From Eubacteriales bacterium (lineage in GTDB: Bacteria; Bacillota; Clostridia; Oscillospirales; CAG-272): DNA of 43,032 nucleotides. A program made the position numbers and the translations under genes. The stretch lies in assembly GCA_045602185.1 (NCBI GenBank), contig JAZSBB010000024.1, positions 1 to 43,032 of the forward strand, given 5' to 3'. Below the pieces are notes generated by a model, which searched no databases, was not told the origin of the DNA, and was given only the letters and a program-made list of their open reading frames with translations. Shown piece by piece: positions 8,420-16,129 of the stretch (its first letter is position 1; every line of letters starts with the position of its first letter).

Positions 8420-11400
8420 TTAATCCTCCCAGGTATGCCATTTAAGATTTGCGTTTGTTAATGACTGACCTGTAACAGATGCGTAAGCATCGCCTACTGC
8501 GCTCCAGTAGGTTTCAACGCTGAATACCGTGACGTTGTTTGGATCGTAATTCTTTTCAGCCGAGGACATAATGGATATCTTAGCCTTGCTTCCGTTTACG
8601 TGGATTGCTACGTTTACAAGGTCCTTCATATCAGCTTGGTTATGAGCTTCGCATACGAGAACCTTTTTACCGTTTTCTATGGTATATACCTTAACGTAAT
8701 CCTTGTCTATAGCTACGTAGCTAGAGCCCTCGGAGCCCTTGCCGTTTCCTATTTCAATAGTGCCGGAAAGCGAGCTACCGAAGAAATCGGCAGAAAATAC
8801 TATAGCAGACTGGCGCTTTGCGTTCTCGTTTTCTTCAACTTTAATTACGGAGCCTGCGGTGAGCGTCTTTTGCGTTTTCTCATATACAGCTGCGCCTATT
8901 CCGCCCATAAGCTCGGGGAAATCGCAAAGGAACTGCAAATAGAAGGCTCTTGCGCCTATTCTGTTTGGGTGAACCTCATCGGAGGAAAGCATATGGTCAT
9001 ACCAGCCTGGGTTTACCTTTGCATTTACCGCTCTGGCGATATCGATTACTTCGTAATCATAGTTAGCAAAATCTCCTGTTTTGTCGAGTACGAAATTGGT
9101 TTTGTAGGTATTATCGTATTTTGTCGTGGTGGGAATCGTCATAATATAGAGCTTTATGCCGTTCTCCTCGCATATTTCCATAAGCTCGAGAAGCGAATCG
9201 TAGTAAGACTGGCTTATCGTTCCCTTGTCTGCGCCGTCATTCATTCCAACGCCCCAAGCAAGAGCCTTGGGAGTGTGACCTGTGGAGAGCGAATATTTCA
9301 GCTCGTCAATTCCCTCGGGACCGTTCATTCCTCCAAGTCCTGCGATGAAGATATTGTCATCGTATTTATCCTCGTAGAGATAATAGGGCCAACGGTTGTC
9401 TGCGCCGAGCGAGAAGAAGGAGGCTCCGATAAGCCATATATCCTCGGTATAGTCAACGCAGGTCCAGTTCATCTTTGCATCGGTAAGCTCAGCTCCCGAC
9501 ACACTTGCAAATATAGCACCGTTCGAAGCGTTCCAGTCAACCTTTTTTGTAAACGAACCGCCCTCGGTTACTATCGTTACGAGGTCGCCCTGCCTATCGT
9601 CATCGGCTGAAATGATAACGGTGATATAGTTTTTAATCGTGAGGTTATGGCGCGTAGTGCTTTGGGGTTTAGCCACGTCTCCGGCTTTATATGCTCCGTC
9701 TAAATAGTAGAACAAAAGGTTTTTGCCGGTTATCTCCACCCAGTTGCTATAATTGGTGTTTTGACCGTGGCCTACGGATACCGTTTCCTGCTCGCCAAGA
9801 GTTCCGTCAAGCTTTGCGGTAAATATAAGGTGCTTTCCGTCTCTTACTCTGTTATCCCTGCCACCGTCAAGAAGAAGCTTTCCTGTCGTATAGTTAAGAA
9901 CGTCAGCGCTCTCGGTTCTTATAGGAGTCGTGGGAGTTATAAATTCGGGGAAATCAACGAAGAGCTTTGCCATCATAGCCTTTGCTCCGTGCTCGGTGTA
10001 CGCACCGTTTTGATAAATACGGCTATCCGAAGCGAGCGCAGCAAAATCTATATATTTTCTTTCGGAGGTCTTTACACTGCTATTCTTTGCAGCATTTGCG
10101 GAATCCTCAGCCTCAAGGTGAGTCGTGAGAACCGGGATTATTTGCTTATCATCGCAAAGAGTGAGGAATTCGGCGAGATTTGCCTCGTACGCCGTTCCGG
10201 ATTCCTTAGAAAACGACCAGATTATGTATTCGGGCACGGAGGATTTAAGAGCCTCTTTGGTTGCGGCAAGAACATCTGTGCTTGTTGCGCCGTTTACACC
10301 GATAAACATAACGTCATCGAATTTTTCGGTTACGAGCTGAGTCGTCCAGCTATTGCTTTGGTTAGAGCCGATATCCGCACCGCCGATTACCCAAACGGGA
10401 GCCGTTACGGCATTATCAGCCCAGCCGAAATTAACGTCCTTCAAGGTTGCGTTTTCCATAGAAGCAAAGATCTCGCCGTTTCTGCCAAGGAAATCAAAGC
10501 TCTGTGTGCAGGCTCCGTCAACAGTATGCAAGGTTACGGACGCTTTGCCCGCATTTACGGTTACGTCAACAGCAAAATAGCACTGCACGTTTCTGCTATG
10601 CTTCTTGCTTTGAACGATTTTCTTCTCACCTTCGCCGATGGTGATTACACGGATTTCGGTTGCGGTTATTTCAACATAGCTTCCGTCTCGCGCACCAAAG
10701 CCTCTGCCTATGCGTATCACGCCGTTATCGGCAAAGGAGGTTATATTTGCGGAAAGGGTGTATCTGAATCTTCCGTTAACGAGAGTTTTATCCGAAACTA
10801 TAGCTGCGTCAAGATTTGCGCCGCTTATAATCTTAGTATAGTCAACCTCGCTCCACTTTGCAAACAGGGTTACGTCCTTCGAAACCGCCTTGGGAGCAAG
10901 CTCCTTTGCGGGAGTTGTGAGCTCACGGTCGGAATACCAGCCGAGGAATATATAGCCTTCCTTCTTGGGAGCGTAAATTTCCGCACCTACGTCAAAAACA
11001 AAGGCTTTGGGGTTGTCTGCGAAGTTAACGCCGCCGTTAAGCTGATAGCTTATGGTATACGTCTTGGGCTGCCATTTAGCTACGAGCGTCATATCGCCCT
11101 TTACTCTGTCATTGTCAAAATCCCACTGCTCCTCGCCGTTAAACCAGCCGAGGAAATCATAGCCGGAATTGTTAATTGACCTGGGAGCGCGGATTCTTCC
11201 GTTATCGTTTACCTCCTCCTCGGGATCAAGCGTTACACCCTCAACACCGGTGTCGTAGTAAACGGTATGTACGTTTTCAACAAGCTCGAATTCCTTTTCG
11301 GCAGAAACCTTTTTGAGCGTGTAGTTGGGATTTTTGCTCTTTGCCTTAAAGGTGTAGCCGTCACCGGTTTCGGTAAAGTCGCAATCTCCAAAATCAAATT

Positions 11401-11800
11401 CAAGCTCTACGGTATCGCCTTCAATTAGGTCGTTTACCGTATAGGTTATCTCAGGCACCTCTCCGTTTGCCTTAAAGCTAAGGCCCGAATAGGATACGGT
11501 TACTGCCTTGGGGCTTATAGTAAGCTTTGCGGTAATCACCTTATCTGCAAAGCCCTCCTGCTTTACCGTTGCAGTTATCTGATACTCACCTGCGTCCTTA
11601 TAGGGCCCTTCGAGTGCGTAGGTTACGGTTGCGCCCTCCGGCAGCCCCGAAACCTCCATCGTGTGCTCTGCTCCATCGTACTCGACCTCGCTATCCGCAA
11701 AGGTAAGCCCGACTATTTCGGGCTCTCCGCAGGACGCAAGAGTCATTACGGTGATAATGCCAAGCACTATGAGAGATAATAAAATTCCTATCTTTTTCAT
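8420..11800 (-). CDS. Large surface lipoprotein: lipobox, Ig-like modules, 2 Listeria-Bacteroides (Flg_new-type) repeats, then X / SGNH-like A / X / SGNH-like B / X
   Basis: GGAGG RBS. The signal peptide ends in the lipobox LASC (Cys24). Two ~70-aa repeats with YDFLGWF...LVAKW and YIFLGWY...LFAKW match the Flg_new repeat pattern. SGNH-like blocks are IGASFFS, AGLGGMNG, GVGMNDG and SSDEVHPN. Function is unknown; I suggest a carbohydrate or other esterase. Confidence 0.8.
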   Translation of the reverse strand: MKKIGILLSLIVLGIITVMTLASCGEPEIVGLTFADSEVEYDGAEHTMEVSGLPEGATVTYALEGPYKDAGEYQITATVKQEGFADKVITAKLTISPKAVTVSYSGLSFKANGEVPEITYTVNDLIEGDTVELEFDFGDCDFTETGDGYTFKAKSKNPNYTLKKVSAEKEFELVENVHTVYYDTGVEGVTLDPEEEVNDNGRIRAPRSINNSGYDFLGWFNGEEQWDFDNDRVKGDMTLVAKWQPKTYTISYQLNGGVNFADNPKAFVFDVGAEIYAPKKEGYIFLGWYSDRELTTPAKELAPKAVSKDVTLFAKWSEVDYTKIISGANLDAAIVSDKTLVNGRFRYTLSANITSFADNGVIRIGRGFGARDGSYVEITATEIRVITIGEGEKKIVQSKKHSRNVQCYFAVDVTVNAGKASVTLHTVDGACTQSFDFLGRNGEIFASMENATLKDVNFGWADNAVTAPVWVIGGADIGSNQSNSWTTQLVTEKFDDVMFIGVNGATSTDVLAATKEALKSSVPEYIIWSFSKESGTAYEANLAEFLTLCDDKQIIPVLTTHLEAEDSANAAKNSSVKTSERKYIDFAALASDSRIYQNGAYTEHGAKAMMAKLFVDFPEFITPTTPIRTESADVLNYTTGKLLLDGGRDNRVRDGKHLIFTAKLDGTLGEQETVSVGHGQNTNYSNWVEITGKNLLFYYLDGAYKAGDVAKPQSTTRHNLTIKNYITVIISADDDRQGDLVTIVTEGGSFTKKVDWNASNGAIFASVSGAELTDAKMNWTCVDYTEDIWLIGASFFSLGADNRWPYYLYEDKYDDNIFIAGLGGMNGPEGIDELKYSLSTGHTPKALAWGVGMNDGADKGTISQSYYDSLLELMEICEENGIKLYIMTIPTTTKYDNTYKTNFVLDKTGDFANYDYEVIDIARAVNAKVNPGWYDHMLSSDEVHPNRIGARAFYLQFLCDFPELMGGIGAAVYEKTQKTLTAGSVIKVEENENAKRQSAIVFSADFFGSSLSGTIEIGNGKGSEGSSYVAIDKDYVKVYTIENGKKVLVCEAHNQADMKDLVNVAIHVNGSKAKISIMSSAEKNYDPNNVTVFSVETYWSAVGDAYASVTGQSLTNANLKWHTWED
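11521..11742 (-). repeat. ~222-bp direct repeat, copy A (5' coding region of the lipoprotein gene), ~90% identical to 12903..13124
   Basis: A manual alignment with offset 1382 gives about 21 mismatches and no gaps over 222 bp. Confidence 0.85.
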
Positions 11801-12040
11801 AAAACCTCCACATTACTGTTAAATGTTTCGGAAAAACGTTTCGGAATTTTTCCAAAAGGTATTTCCGACAAGTATATATTAACATATTTTTTTAAAAATG
11901 TACATAACGAAATTTAATTGCCTAGGATAACTTTAAAGTTGTAGTCAAAAAGTAAGACTATGAGGTTAAAGGCATAAAATCCAAAGAAAATCATATCTGT
12001 AACCCCAAGAATGTTATTATTTAAGTTATGGTAACATTAA

Positions 12041-13193
12041 TTACCAGGTGCGCCAGCGAAGCTCGGCATTCTGAAGAGCCATTCCCTCGGAAACTGCAAA
12101 GAGATTTCCAACGGTTGCCCATTCCGCCTCGAAGCTGAAGAGCTCGGAGCTATAGGTAAACCCACCTTTATTGTCCGGCGTTACCTTCTCTTCTCCTACC
12201 GAATAGAAGGAAATTTTCGCTTTACCTCCGGCAACGTGTATCTTAACCGCAAGACGAAGGTCCACTATTACGTTATGAGTAATCACCTCTTCGCTAAGAC
12301 GAACCGCTTCGCCGCCTATCATCATATATGCGGCAGCCGTCTTTCCGGTTATCTCAACCCAGGTCGAGCCCTCGGCAGTTCCGCCGTTTCCTATCTTGAG
12401 CGTACTATTGCCGTACTTACCGTTAATATCAGCAGTAAAGGTTATTATCTGCTCGTCACCGATAGTAGCGGGCTTTGGGAGTACCATTTCCGTTCCTGCG
12501 CCGACAGAAGCAAGAGCCTTTTCATAGGTTTCGCTTCCAATTCCGCCCGCAATCTCCGGGAAATCGTGGATAAACTGCATATAGAGTCCCTTTGCTCCGG
12601 GTAAAGCCGGGTGAACTATATCGCTATGGAGCATTCCGTCATACCAGTCGTAGCCGGTTTTGTTCGTACCCTTTTCACCGTAATCCTCTTTGTCTATAAT
12701 CGACGGGTCAAATACGTCACTTACTACTGCGTGAGCAAAATCGATTACACGGTATTCAACTTCCTCAAATATGCCCTCGCCGTTAAGAACATCTGCGTTC
12801 TTATAAGAATTGTCCTGAACCGGGCAGTTGGGAATCGTAGCGATTACTATATCTATATTATTTCTCTCGCAAATCTCTATCGCAAGCTCGGTGTAAGTCT
12901 TGTAAGCTTTGCGGTAAGAGTCTTATCTGCAAAGCCCTCCTGCTTTACCGTTGCGGTTATCTGATACTCACCTGCGTTCTTATAGGGCCCTTCGGGGGAG
13001 TAGGTTACGGTTGCGCTCTCGGGCAGCCCCGAAACCTCTACCGTATACTCTGCTCCATCGTACTCGACCTCGCTATCAAGAAAGGTAAGCCCGACTATTT
13101 CGCGCGCTCCGCAGGACGCAATAGCAAATATAGACAGACACAAAGCAGCTACGAACGCTGCGATGAGCGCAATTCTTTAGCTATTGATTTCAC
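12041..13193 (-). pseudogene. Decayed third paralog of the SGNH-like lipoprotein family, with a 5' frameshift and a ~2.3-kb internal deletion
   Basis: The N-terminal fragment (open frame 12880..13176) encodes RIALIAAFVAALCLSIFAIASCGAREIVGLTFLDSEVEYDGAEY...TAKLT, homologous to aa ~5-94 of the 8420..11800 product. At about 12900 it joins, in a different frame, a C-terminal fragment (open 12041..12922) homologous to aa ~866-1126 (ELAIEICERNNIDIVIATIP...MLHSDIVHP...MQFIHDFPEI...LRWRTW). A possible original GTG start at 13193 with a GGTGG RBS lies in yet another frame. Confidence 0.8.
12903..13124 (-). repeat. ~222-bp direct repeat, copy B (inside the pseudogene N-terminal fragment)
   Basis: See 11521..11742. 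Identity is ~90%, far above the rest of the paralog alignment. Confidence 0.85.
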
Positions 13194-13316
13194 AATTACC
13201 ACCGTTTTAAATGCTTTTTTAAGCACATATAACTACACTTAATTTTATCATAATGCACACGGGAAAGTCAATTGTATTATTTAATAAATATTTTCTTTTT
13301 TTATGTGCATTATAGC

Positions 13317-14903
13317 CTAATTATGAACACTTTGGATTACCGTCAGCGCACACCCTACTCCGTCATACGCCGAGGAAACTATTCCGCCGGGATACCCTGC
13401 GCCCTCGCCTATCGGATAAAGTCCCCTAAGAGATCGGGACTCGAAATTTTCCTCTCTCATTATTCTCACGGGCGAGGTCGTTCTAGTTTCGGGGCCGGTC
13501 AGCGCCGCTTCGGGCAGATAATATCCCGGCAGCCATTTATCAAAGTCGGCAAAACCCGCTTTGAGCGATTCCGTTATATAATCGGGAAGATATTCCTTTA
13601 AAGAAACGTGAGCAACGCCTCTCGGATAGGTTGGCTTAACCGCATTTTGAGGTAAAGTCAAAGCGCCCTCGCAAAGCTCACCGAGAGCCACAGCAGGAGC
13701 TTTATAATCAGAGCCTGCTGACAAAAACGCCAATTCTTCTATTTTTCTTTGGTATTCAAGCCCCGCAAGCGGTGACTCAGAGCCAAAATCTTCACTTGAA
13801 ACCGAAACGAGAATGGCGGCGTTGGAATTTTCACCCATTCTGCTATGCTCACTCATTCCGTTGGTTACCACTCCGCCCTCCGAGGACGCTGCTGCAACCA
13901 CAATTCCGCCGGGACACATACAGAAGCTATAGACGCTTCTGCCCGAGGGAAGATGTGTTACGAGATGATAAGACGCAGTCGGAAGCTCGGGGGCGTGCGA
14001 ATTTCCGTAGACGAGTCTGTTTATATATTCACGGGGGTGCTCGATGCGCATTCCTACGCCAAAGCCCTTCGGCTGCATCAAAACGCCTTTCTTAAACAGC
14101 ATTTGGAAGGTATCCCTTGCGCTATGACCCTGCGCAAGTATAAGGACGTCTGCCGATATTGAAAATTTCTCCGAGTCTTTTTCGTAAATTGCGGCCTTGA
14201 CGGCTCCGTTTTCAATTTTTATATCAACGAGCTTTGCTCCGAAAATAAACTCGGCGCCCAGCGACACGGCTTTATTGCGAAGATTTTTGACTATTGAGGA
14301 AAGCCTATCCGTTCCGAGATGCGCTGACGTGGAATAGGTTATATTTTCATCGGCGCCTGCGGCGACAAATTCCGAGAGCACGTAGTATTTTTTCTCGTCC
14401 ATACCGCCGACCTTCAGCTTACCGTCCGAATAGGTTCCCGCTCCTCCCTCTCCGAACTGAATATTGCATTCCGGGTCGAGAATTCCCATTTTTTCAAAGA
14501 CGCTTACCTTTTTTATTCGCTCGTCTACATTTAGCCCTCTTTCAAGAACTATCGGCTTTGCTCCCGCTTCGGCAAGTACGAGGGCGCAAAACAACCCCGC
14601 AGGCCCGCTTCCCACTATTACCGGACGGCTTTTCATTTGGGATTTCGGAATCACAAGGTTATATTCCGGGGCGGCAAAGACCTTCTTTTTCATTTTAAGA
14701 AGCCCCGCTTCCCTCTCAGAAGAAAAGGAGACACCAACGCTAAGACGGCGGAAAACACCCTTGTTTTTATCTACGGACAGGGTGTCCTTCAAAATGCGCA
14801 GTCCGAGAATTTCGCTTTTTTCTATCGGCAGACTTTCGGCAAGAGCGCTTTTTATATCGCTCTCGCAATATTTCTCGGGAACGAAAATATCGGTTTTTAT
14901 CAA
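13317..14903 (-). CDS. FAD-dependent oxidoreductase, COG2509-type (uncharacterised FAD-dependent dehydrogenase)
   Basis: TTG start at 14903, 7 nt after AAGGAG. It carries the dinucleotide-binding motif VIVGSGPAGLFCALVLAEAG. The ~530-aa length and the C-terminal GEGAGYPGGI motif are typical of this family. Confidence 0.8.
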   Translation of the reverse strand: MIKTDIFVPEKYCESDIKSALAESLPIEKSEILGLRILKDTLSVDKNKGVFRRLSVGVSFSSEREAGLLKMKKKVFAAPEYNLVIPKSQMKSRPVIVGSGPAGLFCALVLAEAGAKPIVLERGLNVDERIKKVSVFEKMGILDPECNIQFGEGGAGTYSDGKLKVGGMDEKKYYVLSEFVAAGADENITYSTSAHLGTDRLSSIVKNLRNKAVSLGAEFIFGAKLVDIKIENGAVKAAIYEKDSEKFSISADVLILAQGHSARDTFQMLFKKGVLMQPKGFGVGMRIEHPREYINRLVYGNSHAPELPTASYHLVTHLPSGRSVYSFCMCPGGIVVAAASSEGGVVTNGMSEHSRMGENSNAAILVSVSSEDFGSESPLAGLEYQRKIEELAFLSAGSDYKAPAVALGELCEGALTLPQNAVKPTYPRGVAHVSLKEYLPDYITESLKAGFADFDKWLPGYYLPEAALTGPETRTTSPVRIMREENFESRSLRGLYPIGEGAGYPGGIVSSAYDGVGCALTVIQSVHN

Positions 14904-15055
14904 AGGCTTATCTCCTTTCTTTATCTTTTATATTTATTTTAACATTTTCGCTTGACTTTTTCAAGTATCTCGAAAAAAACGAGAAAAAATGTATATCAAT
15001 GCATTTACGGGAGAAAATAGCATTATCAAACGAAAAATGAGAAAGCGGTGATTTT

Positions 15056-16129
15056 TTGAAAAAAATAATATCTACGGCACTTATACTTGCGGTTATTTCT
15101 ATTTCCGCATTTACTCTCTTATCCTGCGGCTGCTCGTCCGAAAGAGAGGTTTCCGTCCTCTATTACACTTACAGTGACACTTATATATCAAGCGTTCGGG
15201 CAGAGATGGACAAAATACTTCAGGCAAATCACATAAATTTCCACAATTATGACGCAAACAGTAATCAGTCCACGCAAACCGAGCAGGTGGACACGGCTAT
15301 AGCGAAGGGCTCTAAAATGCTTATCGTCAATATCGTTGATACCGGCTCTGACGATGCTGCGAAGACGATAATTTCAAAGGCAAAGGCGGCAGATATCCCC
15401 GTTATCTTCTTTAACCGCTCGGTAAGCGAGGAGACGATAAAAAGCTATGAAAAATGCTTCTTCGTTGGAACCGATTATGAAATGGCGGGCCATATGCAAG
15501 GCGAGCTTATCGGAAATTTCGTTAAGGATAACTATTCAAGCCTCGATATTAATAAGGACGGAAAAATAAGCTACTGCCTTTTTAAAGGCCAGCAGGGTAA
15601 CGCCGAAGCCGAGGCAAGAACCCGTTACGCCGTTGAGGACGCTAACAAAATCCTTAACGATGCGGGAAAGCCAAGCCTCGTATTTTACGACTCGAAAAAC
15701 ACTGACGGCTATCTCGTTGACCAGGACGGCAACTGGTCTAACGCTGCGGCTAACAATTATATGAAAACGATTCTTTCAGCTTACAGCGAAAAAACAGGAA
15801 ATATGGTTGAGCTTATTATCGCTAACAATGACGAAATGGCTCTCGGTGCTATCGCTGCGCTTAACGAATCCGGCTATAACAAGACGGGCGGAAGAATTAT
15901 TCCCGTTTTCGGTATAGACGCAACCGAAGCGGCTAAGGCAAAAATCAACGCAGGCGTTATGGCGGGAACGATAAAACAGGACGCCGCCGGAATGGCAACC
16001 ATTATCACAACTATTCTGACTAACCTTGACGGTCAAAAGGACGCCTTCTTCGGTATTGAGGAAAGCAATATTATCGGAGAGTGGAGAATAAATATTCCTT
16101 ATGCGGCTTACACGGGAGAAGATGATTAG
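15056..16129 (+). CDS. mglB: Galactose/glucose-type sugar ABC transporter substrate-binding lipoprotein (PBP1 family)
   Basis: TTG start. The signal peptide has the lipobox LLSC. It has PBP1 sugar-binding-like sequence (VIFFNR, IANNDEMALGA). It lies directly upstream of a two-domain ATPase gene and a permease gene. Confidence 0.8.
   Translation: MKKIISTALILAVISISAFTLLSCGCSSEREVSVLYYTYSDTYISSVRAEMDKILQANHINFHNYDANSNQSTQTEQVDTAIAKGSKMLIVNIVDTGSDDAAKTIISKAKAADIPVIFFNRSVSEETIKSYEKCFFVGTDYEMAGHMQGELIGNFVKDNYSSLDINKDGKISYCLFKGQQGNAEAEARTRYAVEDANKILNDAGKPSLVFYDSKNTDGYLVDQDGNWSNAAANNYMKTILSAYSEKTGNMVELIIANNDEMALGAIAALNESGYNKTGGRIIPVFGIDATEAAKAKINAGVMAGTIKQDAAGMATIITTILTNLDGQKDAFFGIEESNIIGEWRINIPYAAYTGEDD

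Noticed and set aside
8600-11179. Long plus-strand ORFs (8600..9610, 336 aa; 9761..11179, 472 aa) antisense to the lipoprotein gene
   Set aside because: Their translations are Cys/Tyr/Arg/Ile-rich with no domain pattern, no RBS and no signal features. They lie fully inside a minus-strand gene that has strong paralog support. This is the typical shadow-ORF artefact of a codon-biased gene.
6443-13193. Diversity-generating retroelement or invertible-promoter phase variation acting on the SGNH-like paralogs
   Set aside because: No reverse transcriptase, no template/variable repeat pair with adenine-specific differences, no recombinase and no inverted repeats flanking a promoter were seen. The only repeats are direct.
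14464-14955. Plus-strand ORFs antisense to the FAD oxidoreductase gene (and, similarly, 21591..22085 antisense to livH)
   Set aside because: They encode Arg/Pro/Ser-rich low-complexity translations entirely within well-supported genes on the other strand.
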